Source of the DNA: an uncultured Desulfobacterales bacterium
Lineage (GTDB): Bacteria; Desulfobacterota; Desulfobacteria; Desulfobacterales; CAJINA01
Direction: 5' to 3'
DNA length: 64,000 bases
Assembly: GCA_964636125.1 (NCBI GenBank)
Contig: CAZWPX010000023.1
Coordinates: 1,010-65,009 of the forward strand
This document shows positions 26,389-35,920 of the stretch, in pieces. Below the pieces are notes generated by a model. It was given only the letters and a program-made list of their open reading frames with translations, made no database searches and was not told the origin of the DNA. The first letter of the stretch is position 1. The number at the start of each line of letters is the position of its first letter. The position numbers and the translations under genes were made by a program.

Positions 26389-27894
26389 CTAAAAAGCACC
26401 AATAACCGTGCCGAACAGATCCAGCACAGGTTTGGGATAAAGTCCCAGCCCCAGGGCCAAGGCCGCCAGGGCCAGCAGGGGCAGGCTCATGGATAGAGAC
26501 GGGTCGGATGGCGGATGGCCTGATACGGATGGTTTTTGCGGGCCAAAAAAGATCCGGATACCGACCAGAAACGTGTACACAAGGGTTAAGATGGTTGAAA
26601 GTACCGCCAGCAGGACGACAAACAGCCCCATGGGCGAGCTGTGAAATGCCTTGAAGGCCCCCACAAACAGTATCCATTTGCCCACAAACCCACTGGTAGG
26701 CGGCAGGGCGGAAAGAATAAGCGCGGCCGAAAACCAGAGTACCCCGGTCAGGGGCATGCGCGACCAGAGGCCCCCCATATCTTTCAGCTTCCGTGACTCC
26801 ACGTGATAAACCAAAATTCCGGCTGTTGAGAACAGGATCGCCTTGCCGATTATGTGGCTTAAGAAATAGAACATGCCCCCCGTGACTCCCCAGACTGTCA
26901 TGACACTTATGCCAAGCACCGAATAAGAAATCTGGCTGATCGTGGAACAGGCGCAGAACCGTTTGACGTCTGTCTGGGCCAGCGTCAACAGGGCCCCGTA
27001 GATCATGGTAGCGGTGGCCAGAATCAGCATGGGGAGAACCAGCGGGGTAAGCTCATTTTGAAGAGGTAAAATCAGGACCCGCACTGCCACGTAAACGGCT
27101 ATATTGGCATAAATCGCCAGCAAGCCTGCGATGCAGGTGGGATGCTCGGCATGCACCCAGGGCATCCAGACGTGCAGCGGTATGATGGCCAGTTTGGTCG
27201 CCAGACCCAGTAAAATGATAACCGCGATCCAGATGGTCACGGGATTGCCCGCCAGACGCGGTAATTCGGCAATTTCGAAACTTCCAATCTGCACGTACCC
27301 CATGATGATGCCGATCAGGAAAAATGTTGCTCCAACAACCCCCCAGAAAAGACACATCAGGGCAACCTTGTAGCGCGTAATATAATCGGAATATCCGAAT
27401 TGTGCCATGATGAAGTAAAGGGGAATAATGGTTAACAGCTCCATGAAAAAGTAGACCGACAACAGATTCGTGGCAAAGGCAACCCCCATAAAACCGGTGG
27501 GGAAGAAAAGATAGAGCAGAAAGAACCGGCGGAAATAGAGATTGTAGACCCGGTGGGAACATTGTCCGTATATAAGCTCGATCCGGTGTTCGACGTAGTG
27601 AAGCGAGTAGATGGCCAGGGCCAGGCAAATCAGGTTGATAATCAGGGCCATAGGCAGGCTTAAACCGTCCGCCAGCATATTAAGACTGACTTCAGGGCCG
27701 ATGAAATACTGCTCACGCAGGACCTCGCCCCCATATACGCGGATACCCGCAAAGCCCAGCAGCAACGTGGTGTAGACGAGCGTGGCGATGGTAATCCACC
27801 CGGGTAAATGGCTTTTCCGGGCGCTGCGGGTGAACCCTGTCACGGCTGCCGCTACCAGCGGCAGGCCCACTATCTGGAGAAGTAAATAGGGCAT
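26389..27894 (-). CDS. MrpD/NuoM/NuoN-family antiporter-like subunit (4th copy, operon-distal)
   Basis: 501 aa and about 14 TM helices. Proton-conducting membrane transporter pattern: HVWMPWVHAEHPTCIAGLLA and FCACSTISQISYSVLG. Confidence 0.85.
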   Translation of the reverse strand: MPYLLLQIVGLPLVAAAVTGFTRSARKSHLPGWITIATLVYTTLLLGFAGIRVYGGEVLREQYFIGPEVSLNMLADGLSLPMALIINLICLALAIYSLHYVEHRIELIYGQCSHRVYNLYFRRFFLLYLFFPTGFMGVAFATNLLSVYFFMELLTIIPLYFIMAQFGYSDYITRYKVALMCLFWGVVGATFFLIGIIMGYVQIGSFEIAELPRLAGNPVTIWIAVIILLGLATKLAIIPLHVWMPWVHAEHPTCIAGLLAIYANIAVYVAVRVLILPLQNELTPLVLPMLILATATMIYGALLTLAQTDVKRFCACSTISQISYSVLGISVMTVWGVTGGMFYFLSHIIGKAILFSTAGILVYHVESRKLKDMGGLWSRMPLTGVLWFSAALILSALPPTSGFVGKWILFVGAFKAFHSSPMGLFVVLLAVLSTILTLVYTFLVGIRIFFGPQKPSVSGHPPSDPSLSMSLPLLALAALALGLGLYPKPVLDLFGTVIGAF

Positions 27895-27898
27895 GGTT

Positions 27899-29668
27899 TT
27901 ATCCGGTCCAATAGATCATGATCCACAATAATACGATGAAAAACAGTAAAATATGTGTCAGGTTAAAAGAGAGCAGCTTGACCTCCGTTTTTAAATAGCG
28001 GGCCCGGGCATGGATGAACTCCGGAAGGGCGGTCAGCTTTTTGTGAAAGAGATAATCGTTTCTCTCTTCAGTGCCCACGGCCCACCGGGGCGATGCTTTC
28101 AAGGTTGTCACGACTCCCAGCAGGGCGCGCTCCATGTTTTCAAAAAAGCGTTGCAGCGGCTTTTCGCAAAAAAGGATAAATTGCCGCCCCGGCAGACGCA
28201 GGAACCAGTCGGCATCCAGATTGACGGCCCGCATTTCAGCCGGGTAGTAACCGGAGAGAACCAGCAGCGTGAAGGCCAGCGCCCCGAACATGAGCAACTC
28301 CAGGACGCCGATCACGTGAAAAGCGGTGTAGGGTATGAAATCAACCGGATACGGCAAAATACGGTAAAGAGGGTCTGGATAGACACCCAAGAACACACAG
28401 ATGAAGGCCGCCATGCCCATGGCCAGGCGCATGTTGATCGGGGGCTCCTTGGTCCGGATGCCGGAATCATGACCGAAAAAGATAAAAAAGGGCACCTTGA
28501 TGCCGGCGTGGTGAAACACGCCCGCGGAGGCGAACAGCAGCATGAACCAGACGATGGTTAAATGCTCCTCGGCCACGGCGGTAATCGTCATGGATTTGCT
28601 GATAAAACCGCTGAAAAGCGGAAAGGCCGAAATGGAGGCCGCCCCGATCATGCAGCAGACCGCTGTATAAGGCATGGTTTTATAAAGTCCCCCAAGGTCG
28701 GTCCCCCTTATTTTACCGGTCATATGCAAGACGGCTCCGGTGGACATGAACAAGAGCGCCTTGTAGATGATATGGCAGAAGGCATGGGCGGCGACACCGT
28801 TCAAGGCCAAGTGTGTCCCGATGCCGATGCCGCAAACCATAAAACCCACCTGGTTGATGAGACTGTAGGCCAGGACGCGGCGCATGTCATTGGCAATCAC
28901 CGCATAGAAAATGGGGAAACAGGTCATAAAGGCGCCCGCCCAGATAAGAAAAGGGGTGCCCGGATAGGTCCTGGCCAGGATGTAGACCGCACTTTTAGTC
29001 GTCAGGGCGCTCATGAACACAGCCCCGGTGACCGTGGCCCGGGGGTAGGCATCCGCCAGCCAGGCGTGCATCGGAAAAACGACGGCGTTTAAACAGAACC
29101 CGATGAATATCAGATAGGTGGAAGGATCGCTCAATCCGATATAGGCAAAGGCAATGGTGTCCCGTTCCAGGAAGTATAAAATAATGCCGGCCAGTAAACA
29201 GAGCCCCCCGAAAAAGTGCCACAGGAAGTATCGCAGGGCGGCCTTGTTAGAGTCCTCGGTCCTGCGTGCGAGGATCAGGAAAACCGAGGCCAGGGCCATG
29301 GCCTCCCAGAAAAAATAGAGCGAAATCAAATCGCCGACAAAGGTCACCCCCAGAGCCCCGCCGGCATAGAACAGGGCCGCGACGTGCTGGCCATCGTCTT
29401 TGACGTGGAGCGCGTAAATTACACCTATCAAGGTGATTAAAACGAAAACATATCCGAAAACCATGCTCAGCCGGTCCACCCGCCCCAGAATGAGGTCCTG
29501 GTTCAAAAAGGGCACAATCCAGTAGGTGCCGCTGTCCATTGCCAGCAGATTGACAAAGGCCAGCACCGGCAGCATGACCAGATAGGCGGCTTTCAGCCGT
29601 CCTTTCAGCACCGGGACCAGGAGCGCCCCGGCCATGAAGATGAATGCGGGCGGCAGAGGCTTAATCAT
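27899..29668 (-). CDS. MrpA/NuoL-like antiporter subunit with a C-terminal amphipathic extension + terminal TM
   Basis: 589 aa with HAWLADAYPRATVTGAVFMSALTTKSAVY and LAYSLINQVGFMVCGIG. The last ~110 aa (…FLRLPGRQFILFCEKPLQRFFENMERALLGVVTTL…LTHILLFFIVLLWIMIYW) resemble a NuoL-type lateral helix plus an anchor TM. Confidence 0.8.
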   Translation of the reverse strand: MIKPLPPAFIFMAGALLVPVLKGRLKAAYLVMLPVLAFVNLLAMDSGTYWIVPFLNQDLILGRVDRLSMVFGYVFVLITLIGVIYALHVKDDGQHVAALFYAGGALGVTFVGDLISLYFFWEAMALASVFLILARRTEDSNKAALRYFLWHFFGGLCLLAGIILYFLERDTIAFAYIGLSDPSTYLIFIGFCLNAVVFPMHAWLADAYPRATVTGAVFMSALTTKSAVYILARTYPGTPFLIWAGAFMTCFPIFYAVIANDMRRVLAYSLINQVGFMVCGIGIGTHLALNGVAAHAFCHIIYKALLFMSTGAVLHMTGKIRGTDLGGLYKTMPYTAVCCMIGAASISAFPLFSGFISKSMTITAVAEEHLTIVWFMLLFASAGVFHHAGIKVPFFIFFGHDSGIRTKEPPINMRLAMGMAAFICVFLGVYPDPLYRILPYPVDFIPYTAFHVIGVLELLMFGALAFTLLVLSGYYPAEMRAVNLDADWFLRLPGRQFILFCEKPLQRFFENMERALLGVVTTLKASPRWAVGTEERNDYLFHKKLTALPEFIHARARYLKTEVKLLSFNLTHILLFFIVLLWIMIYWTG

Positions 29669-29909
29669 AGTAGTCTTCCTTTTTCTTGACCAGTGCGCGC
29701 AGCCCTTTGGCGATGAATATCAAGCTGACGCACCCGATGAACCCGTAGGCCGCAAAAAAGCAGGGGACCTCTTCCCATGCGAAATGGCCGTGCTTGGGAA
29801 CAAACGGATCAATGGCCAGCAGCAAAACCAGGGCGATATAAAAAAAGATCCGGACTCTTTTTTGATTGCGGGCAGAATCGAGAAACGTGAGCTCCTTTTT
29901 CGGCGGCAT
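29661..29909 (-). CDS. Small membrane protein (2 TM) inside the mrp-like operon
   Basis: 82 aa. Its stop overlaps the downstream start by 8 nt. Hydrophobic segments are IFFYIALVLLLAI and FFAAYGFIGCVSLIFIA. Confidence 0.5.
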   Translation of the reverse strand: MPPKKELTFLDSARNQKRVRIFFYIALVLLLAIDPFVPKHGHFAWEEVPCFFAAYGFIGCVSLIFIAKGLRALVKKKEDYYD

Positions 29910-29921
29910 ATCTATTTTCTC

Positions 29922-30113
29922 CTAGTAGTAAAAAAAAGTTACGCCCAGATGGAGCAGGCCAATTAAAACCATGAGAAAAAAAATCTTCTTGTAAAAGGGA
30001 TCGGCGGTATGTGAAAGCTCCATTTTTTCTTCAAATCCGGTGAGCCAGGCGGTAATTTCGCCATCGTCCTGCCGGTAGATGATTTCCTCGCCGTCTTTTT
30101 CAATGCCCGCCAT
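29922..30113 (-). CDS. Small protein with a C-terminal TM, inside the mrp-like operon
   Basis: 63 aa with an acidic N-terminus and IFFLMVLIGLLHLGVTFF. Tightly packed between operon genes (12-16 nt gaps). Confidence 0.45.
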   Translation of the reverse strand: MAGIEKDGEEIIYRQDDGEITAWLTGFEEKMELSHTADPFYKKIFFLMVLIGLLHLGVTFFYY

Positions 30114-30129
30114 TGCGATCCTCGCAAGC

Positions 30130-31644
30130 TTAAGGGTTGAAGAGATTGTTTACCGCAATTTCAACCAGATCCAGGATGAAAAAAGTCCCCGGAAAAAAAC
30201 AAAACACAATCGAAAAAATAGCCGTCAGCGCAAGCGGGACAACCATGAACAGGTAAAGCGGACGACTGGTCTCCAACCTCGCCACGGCTGCGCTGCCCCC
30301 GGCTGTGTCTTCCAGGGGAATGTCAAAAAAGGCGGTTTTCACGATGGGGAAAAAGTAGATCACATCCAGAAGGGAACTGACCAGGATAACACCCAGGAAA
30401 ATCAAATGCCCTGACTGGACGGATCCGAGGCAGAGATACCATTTGCTGATAAAGCCGGCCACCGGCGGTGCACCGCACATCCCGACGGCACCGACTGTAA
30501 AGGCGGCCATGGTGATCGGCATCTGCCGGCCGATACCGGTCAACTGGCTGATGGCTTTCTTGCCGGTGATCACCATGATAGTGCCGGCGCAAAGAAAAAG
30601 TGTGATTTTCATGAAAGCATGAAAAGGAATGTGGATCATGGCGCCTTTAATGCCGAAAGGGCTCAACAAAGCCACACCGAACAGGATGTAGGAAAGCTGG
30701 CTGATGGTGGAATAGGCCAGGCGGCGTTTCAGGTTGTCCTGGCCGATGGCCAGAAATGAGGCCACAATCATCGTAAAGGAGGCCACCCCTCCCAGCAGCA
30801 GACCCAGCCCCAGTTCCGAGAAGAGATCGATGCCGAAGATATGGCACACGATCCTGACAAACCCGAAGACACCGGCCTTGACAACCGCCACGGCATGTAA
30901 AAGGGAGCTGACCGGGGTAGGTGCGACCATGGCGGCCGGCAACCAGGAATGCAGGGGCATCCAGGCCGCTTTCATGGAGCCCAGTGCAAACAGGACAAAA
31001 AGCACGATCAGGGTCCACCGGGGCGCGGTGCTGGTGTCCAGGATACCACCGTCTGTGAATTGGGTTGTGCCGGCCAGGGCATACGTCAAGACCACGGCTG
31101 CGAATAAAAACCAGCCGGAAGCAAGCAGGTAGGTCAGATACTTCCGGGTGGCGGCAAAGGCCTCTTCGTCTTCGTGATGGGCAACCAGCCAGTAGGTGGA
31201 CAGCGTCAGGGCTTCATAAAACACGTAGAAGGTAACCAGGTTTTCAGCCATGGCGATGCAGACCGCCGAGAAGATCGCCAGCGCGAACATGCCGTAGTAG
31301 CGGGTCTGGGCATGCTCCTGCAAAGCGCGCATATATCCGATGGAGTAGAGCGAAACGAGAATCCAGAGAAAGGAGGCGGTGATGGCAAAAAGAAGGCCGA
31401 AGGCATCCACCCTGAATCCCAGTTCAAGCCCGGGACAAATGTCAATCAGGCGCAGCACGATCACTTTCCCGGCCAGAATAGGCGGTGCCATGGAGATGAC
31501 AACGGCAAACAACAGCCCCGCCGCGACCAGGGTGCAGGCCTCCCTGACATTGGGCTGTTTGCGGCAGATATAGATCATGCCGGCGCCCAGCAGCGGACAG
31601 CCCAGCGCCAGGATCGGTTTCAAAGATGCGACGGTTCCGGTCAT
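30130..31644 (-). CDS. MrpD/NuoM/NuoN-family antiporter-like subunit (2nd copy)
   Basis: 504 aa with HSWLPAAMVAPTPVSSLLHAVAVVKAGVF and LAYSTISQLSYILFG. ATGA overlap with the upstream gene. Confidence 0.85.
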   Translation of the reverse strand: MTGTVASLKPILALGCPLLGAGMIYICRKQPNVREACTLVAAGLLFAVVISMAPPILAGKVIVLRLIDICPGLELGFRVDAFGLLFAITASFLWILVSLYSIGYMRALQEHAQTRYYGMFALAIFSAVCIAMAENLVTFYVFYEALTLSTYWLVAHHEDEEAFAATRKYLTYLLASGWFLFAAVVLTYALAGTTQFTDGGILDTSTAPRWTLIVLFVLFALGSMKAAWMPLHSWLPAAMVAPTPVSSLLHAVAVVKAGVFGFVRIVCHIFGIDLFSELGLGLLLGGVASFTMIVASFLAIGQDNLKRRLAYSTISQLSYILFGVALLSPFGIKGAMIHIPFHAFMKITLFLCAGTIMVITGKKAISQLTGIGRQMPITMAAFTVGAVGMCGAPPVAGFISKWYLCLGSVQSGHLIFLGVILVSSLLDVIYFFPIVKTAFFDIPLEDTAGGSAAVARLETSRPLYLFMVVPLALTAIFSIVFCFFPGTFFILDLVEIAVNNLFNP

Positions 31645-33146
31645 GGCCGCACCTCCAGTCCGAAGCTGGTATTAATGGCGCTGACCAGGGGGTCGAAAGC
31701 ACCGGTAATCCAGATAATGCCGATGACAAATGTTAAAACCGCGGTGGACAAAATCGGGATCAGCATACTCAGGGGAGCCTCGGCCACCGGGGGGGCCAGG
31801 GCGGCACTGCTTTCACTATCCGCCCGGATGTACATGATTTCAACAACCCGCCAGAAATAGACGATCATCAGCAGCGTACTGAAAAAAATGACCCCCACCA
31901 ACAGGTACTTCTGGGCATCCAGCGCGGCCAGGAGCAAATACCATTTGGTCACAAATCCCGCGCTGGGCGGCATCCCGATCATGGAGAGGGCGGCGAGTAT
32001 CAGCGCGAAACTGGTATAGGGCATTTTGCGGCTGAGACCCTCGAATTGCCTGATATCCACCAGGCCGGCCTTGTAGATAAACGCTCCGGCCACCATGAAC
32101 ATGCACACCTTGATGACCGCATGATTCAAGATATGCATCAGGCCCGGGGTCAGGCCAAAAGGGGTCAGGGGCGCAAGCGTGACGGCCAGGACGATATAGC
32201 CGACATTGGCAACGCTCGAATAGGCCAGCATTCGTTTAAAATCATGCTGATAGATCGCAAATATGGAGCCGGCCACGATGGCGATGGCGGCTATCGCCCG
32301 CAGGATATCGAACAGCGGCAGGAAAGTGGTGACAAACTCAAGGGTAAAGACCGAAAAAATAATGCGAACCAGCGCATAGACCAATGTCTTGGCCATAGCG
32401 CTGGAAATGATCACACTGACCGCCGAGGGTGCGTAAGTATAAGCATCCGGCTGCCAGGCGTGTAAAGGGAAAAGTGCGATTTTGATGCCGAATCCAATCA
32501 GGATGAAAACAAACGCGGCCTGGATGGCTGTCGATGTGTAAAGGGGCGGCAGTAGAACACGCAGATCTTCCATATTCAGGGATCCGGTCATGATATAAAG
32601 ATATCCTACCCCGATCAGGTAAAAACAGGCGCCGATGGTCCCGAGGATCAGATACCGGAAACTGGCCAGGGTGGCTCTCCCCTTGCCGATGGCAATGAGG
32701 GCGTAACCGCTCAGGGACACGACCTCCAGAAGCACAAAAAGGTTAAACATGTCGGCGGTGACGATGATCCCGAGCAGCCCCGTGATCAACAGAAGGTACA
32801 GGCTCCAGAACAGTGCGACCTTGTCCGGCAGTTCCGCCTCTACGGATCTTCGGCTGTAGACGGCGGCGAGCAGGGACAGGGCTGTTACCAGGATCAGCAT
32901 GCAGGCATTGAAGTGGTCTACCCGGTACTCGATCCCCCAGGGGGGCTGCCAGCCGCCCAGCAGGTACTGGATCGTCCCCTGGGCAACAACGGATTTCAAC
33001 AGGACACAGGCTGAAATAAGGCTGACCCCCAGCGCGACAAGCGCCAGCGAAAAAGCGAAACGTTTCAACCACCAGCCTGACAGGAATATCAGGAAAGATA
33101 TCAGCAGCGGGGCAATAACAACGATAACTGGTAATTGCAGGCTCAT
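31641..33146 (-). CDS. MrpD/NuoM/NuoN-family antiporter-like subunit (1st copy)
   Basis: 501 aa with HAWQPDAYTYAPSAVSVIISSAMAKTLVY and LAYSSVANVGYIVLA. Its start overlaps the stop of the cNMP-binding gene (ATGA). Confidence 0.85.
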   Translation of the reverse strand: MSLQLPVIVVIAPLLISFLIFLSGWWLKRFAFSLALVALGVSLISACVLLKSVVAQGTIQYLLGGWQPPWGIEYRVDHFNACMLILVTALSLLAAVYSRRSVEAELPDKVALFWSLYLLLITGLLGIIVTADMFNLFVLLEVVSLSGYALIAIGKGRATLASFRYLILGTIGACFYLIGVGYLYIMTGSLNMEDLRVLLPPLYTSTAIQAAFVFILIGFGIKIALFPLHAWQPDAYTYAPSAVSVIISSAMAKTLVYALVRIIFSVFTLEFVTTFLPLFDILRAIAAIAIVAGSIFAIYQHDFKRMLAYSSVANVGYIVLAVTLAPLTPFGLTPGLMHILNHAVIKVCMFMVAGAFIYKAGLVDIRQFEGLSRKMPYTSFALILAALSMIGMPPSAGFVTKWYLLLAALDAQKYLLVGVIFFSTLLMIVYFWRVVEIMYIRADSESSAALAPPVAEAPLSMLIPILSTAVLTFVIGIIWITGAFDPLVSAINTSFGLEVRP

Positions 33147-33628
33147 TCTATTTTAAACAGGCCTTTCATGTCCGGATGATGCTGTATCACTTTGAGAAAT
33201 TGCTCCGTGCGATGGTCATAGCGCTTTTTCAGGATTATCAGGAGCCTCTGGCTCAGTAAAAATCCCATCTGCGGATCCTGGGCGCACAGCTTTCTCAACT
33301 GATTGCCGCGTATGGAAAATATTTCACAGGGCTCGGTGCATACGGCGTCGGTGGTGTAGTGCCCCTCCTCGATCATGGTTGACCAGCCGAATGCATAGCC
33401 GGATTTGATGGAACCGACAGAGACGGTGACCAGTTCGGTCATAGTCTGCTCTAAAAGCACCTTGCCCCTTTTGACCATATAAAAGCGATCGGCAACATCG
33501 CCCTGCCTGAAGATGACCTCCTGATCATGGAATGACAGGACATCGACAGACGCACCTACCCGTGCGAGCATATCGTCTTCAAGATAGGTCATGATGACGA
33601 TCTCTTTTAACTCTTCAATGGGAACCAC
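33143..33628 (-). CDS. Stand-alone cyclic-nucleotide-binding (CAP effector) domain protein
   Basis: 161 aa. A strong SD (AAGAGGAGG) precedes it. The pattern VIFRQGDVADRFYMVKRGKVLLEQ...GYAFGWSTMIE...AVCTEPCEIFSIRGNQLRKL is a cNMP-binding beta-barrel plus hinge helix. No DNA-binding domain is present. Confidence 0.85.
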   Translation of the reverse strand: MVPIEELKEIVIMTYLEDDMLARVGASVDVLSFHDQEVIFRQGDVADRFYMVKRGKVLLEQTMTELVTVSVGSIKSGYAFGWSTMIEEGHYTTDAVCTEPCEIFSIRGNQLRKLCAQDPQMGFLLSQRLLIILKKRYDHRTEQFLKVIQHHPDMKGLFKIE

Positions 33629-33660
33629 GGCACCTCCTCTTCTTTATGACGGCAACCGTT

Positions 33661-33827
33661 CAAAAGACCCTTTTGAGACAGCTTTTAGAAGCTGCCTCAA
33701 GAATGAATTTTGGTCCAAGGTCAAGGCGGCCGCGAGGTTCCAACCGGAGGAATACTCCGGTATTTCGAGGATTGGAACCAAGCGCCCAACGCCGAGATTG
33801 GGCCAAAAGACTTTTTTGAGACAGCTT
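33661..33827. repeat. Structured 199-bp gap in the mrp-like operon: 24-nt direct repeats flanking nested inverted repeats
   Basis: The direct repeats are caaaagacccttttgagacagctt (33661-84) and caaaagacttttttgagacagctt (33804-27), 22/24 identical. A GAGACAGCTT-ttag-AAGCTGCCTC hairpin starts at ~33675. GGTTCCAACCGGAG-gaata-CTCCGG...TTGGAACC spans 33736-79. Confidence 0.5.
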
Positions 33828-34223
33828 CTAATCTTCTTCCAACTGGGCCAGAATCTCATCCTCCTCCAGGGTGTGGTACTGCTTGTGCAGCTTGATAATC
33901 AATGCCAGAGCCACACCGAGGGTCGCCACGGCCACGACGATGGCCGTCAGCATCAGTACATGGGGCAGCGGGTTGGCATAATTCACCGCCTGAGCAGCAT
34001 GCGTTTCGATGCCATGTGCATGTTCAATAATCGGTAGCGTGGCTCTATGCTTGGCCCCGATGGAAATAAAAAAGAGGATGACCGCCGTTTGCAAAATGTT
34101 CATCCCGACGATTTTCTTTACCATGTTGTTCTTGGCAATCATGGCGTACAGCCCGACCATCATCAGGACAATGTACACCCAGTAATTCAGCTTGGCGGTA
34201 ATAATCGCAACCAGTTCATGCAT
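33828..34223 (-). CDS. mrpC: Mrp subunit C (NuoK-like)
   Basis: 131 aa. KKIVGMNILQTAVILFFISIG and PLPHVLMLTAIVVAVATLGVALALI are typical of MnhC/MrpC/MbhG. Confidence 0.85.
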   Translation of the reverse strand: MHELVAIITAKLNYWVYIVLMMVGLYAMIAKNNMVKKIVGMNILQTAVILFFISIGAKHRATLPIIEHAHGIETHAAQAVNYANPLPHVLMLTAIVVAVATLGVALALIIKLHKQYHTLEEDEILAQLEED

Positions 34224-34225
34224 AC

Positions 34226-35056
34226 TTATAGCCCTTCATCAAATTTCCCGCCCGAGGAGAGGTTGTAGTAAAGGCTGATCATGGCCGCCATCACAGCCAT
34301 CCCCACGCCGATTTCCACGATGAGAATTCCATGGGAACGGGCGGTCACCGGGTCAACCCCCAAAACGGGAGCAAGCGCGCTGTAATCCAGAAAATTGGCA
34401 CCCTGCAGCAGGCAGAGTCCGCCGGTGGCGGCATACAGGAACACACCCAGGGTACACAGCAGCACTGCAATTTTTTCACCGAGTCTGTGCAAAGATGATC
34501 GCAGGTTATGGGATATGGCGTAGACAATGACCGAGGCGCCCAGAATGACCCCGCCCTGGAAGCCGCCCCCGGGACTGTGATGACCGTGGGCAATGACGTA
34601 CAGGGCGAAAAGCTGGATAAAGGGAATGATCATGCGGCAGGTGGTCTTGACGACAACGCCATGGGGAACCCATTGCAGGTCAATCCTTTCAAAGTCGGCG
34701 GATTCGCGGGGATAGCGGCCGCCCTTTTTTATCCGGAAAGTCGTGCCGGTGGGAATGTGTCGATACATACGATTTTCCGGCTCATCGGTTTTGGTTTGCC
34801 GCAGCAGCAGGAAACAGGCGGCTACCGCTGTAAAAATGACAATGGTCTCGAACATCGTGTCATACCCGCGATAGTCAGCCAGGACTGCGGTGACAATGTT
34901 CGGGACCGAGGTATCTTCAAGGGTATGCTCGATATAGTAAGGTGATACATGTGTATTTGCAGGCGAACCGGGATCGCCCCAGTCGGGAAAATCCAGTGTG
35001 CAGTACATTAAAGAAATGCCGAATATCAGCACAACAACTTTCGCTATGGTGTTCAA
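34226..35056 (-). CDS. mrpB: MrpB/MnhB-domain subunit (MbhE+MbhF-like fusion)
   Basis: 276 aa. NIVTAVLADYRGYDTMFETIVIFTA and HSPGGGFQGGVILGA are MnhB hallmarks. Confidence 0.8.
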   Translation of the reverse strand: MNTIAKVVVLIFGISLMYCTLDFPDWGDPGSPANTHVSPYYIEHTLEDTSVPNIVTAVLADYRGYDTMFETIVIFTAVAACFLLLRQTKTDEPENRMYRHIPTGTTFRIKKGGRYPRESADFERIDLQWVPHGVVVKTTCRMIIPFIQLFALYVIAHGHHSPGGGFQGGVILGASVIVYAISHNLRSSLHRLGEKIAVLLCTLGVFLYAATGGLCLLQGANFLDYSALAPVLGVDPVTARSHGILIVEIGVGMAVMAAMISLYYNLSSGGKFDEGL

Positions 35057-35298
35057 TCCCTGGTTCTCCTTGAAGTTCTGAATACAGCGGCGACAAACAG
35101 CACCGTACTGATGCCGGCCCCCACGGATGCTTCGGTAAAGGCGACATCAACCGCCCCCATGATGGCCCACAAAAGACACATCATGAAGCTGTAAGCCCCA
35201 AAAAGGATGGCCGCCCCCAGCAGGTCTTTCACCGTGATGGCAGCTATGGCGGTAATAACGACCATTAGAAGCACGATCATTTCAATAGCCCATATCAT
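35053..35298 (-). CDS. DUF4040 / MbhD-like small membrane subunit
   Basis: 81 aa with LLGAAILFGAYSFMMCLLWAIMGAVDVAFTEASVGAGISTVLF. 4-nt overlaps on both sides. Confidence 0.7.
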   Translation of the reverse strand: MIWAIEMIVLLMVVITAIAAITVKDLLGAAILFGAYSFMMCLLWAIMGAVDVAFTEASVGAGISTVLFVAAVFRTSRRTRD

Positions 35299-35618
35299 GG
35301 TCTGTTCTTCTCCCTGGTCCAGGGACGCAGGCCGGCTCTGACACCTGCGTCAATGATGGCATGCGTTGCCGTGGGGCTCGTAAAGAAAACGAAGACAACG
35401 ATCAGTATGATCTTAAAAGCGGTTAACAGAGAATGGCCGGTCAAATCCTGGAGGGTGTACAGCGCCATGGCCGACATGGCCAGGACATGTCCGGCGGTGT
35501 CCAGTTTACCCGCCGGGTGCAGGCGGGTATAAAAATCAGGCAACCGGATGATCCCAATAGATCCTCCGGTAAAAAACAGGAGCCCGCCCACGAAAAGCAC
35601 TATGACAATGACATCCAT
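35295..35618 (-). CDS. mrpG: Mrp subunit G
   Basis: GGSIGIIRLPDFYTRLHPAGKLDTAG and FTSPTATHAIIDAG are MnhG/MrpG signatures. Confidence 0.85.
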   Translation of the reverse strand: MDVIVIVLFVGGLLFFTGGSIGIIRLPDFYTRLHPAGKLDTAGHVLAMSAMALYTLQDLTGHSLLTAFKIILIVVFVFFTSPTATHAIIDAGVRAGLRPWTREKNRP

Positions 35619-35623
35619 GCAAA

Positions 35624-35920
35624 CTACCTTTCCCCGGATGGGGGGGCTTCGTCATACAGCCCTTTTCTCTTCTGGAAAAACCTAGAGGCCGCCAGCACGG
35701 CAATAAAATTCAACATGGCGTAAGCCAGCGCAATATCAACAAACATGTCAACCCGCTGGTAAAGCAGCCCGATCAGAACTAGCAGTACGGTCGTCTTGGA
35801 GCCGATGGCGTTGACCCCGATAAGGCGATCGAGAATAGTGGGTCCGGTTACCGCCCGGTAAAGCGGGAGCAGCATAGCCAGGCATAAAAAAATGCCGGTA
35901 TAGAGAAAGAAAATATCCAT
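35624..35920 (-). CDS. mrpF: Mrp subunit F
   Basis: LYRAVTGPTILDRLIGVNAIGSKTTVLLVLIG...DIALAYAMLNFIAVLAASRF is the MrpF/PhaF pattern. Confidence 0.85.
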   Translation of the reverse strand: MDIFFLYTGIFLCLAMLLPLYRAVTGPTILDRLIGVNAIGSKTTVLLVLIGLLYQRVDMFVDIALAYAMLNFIAVLAASRFFQKRKGLYDEAPPSGER

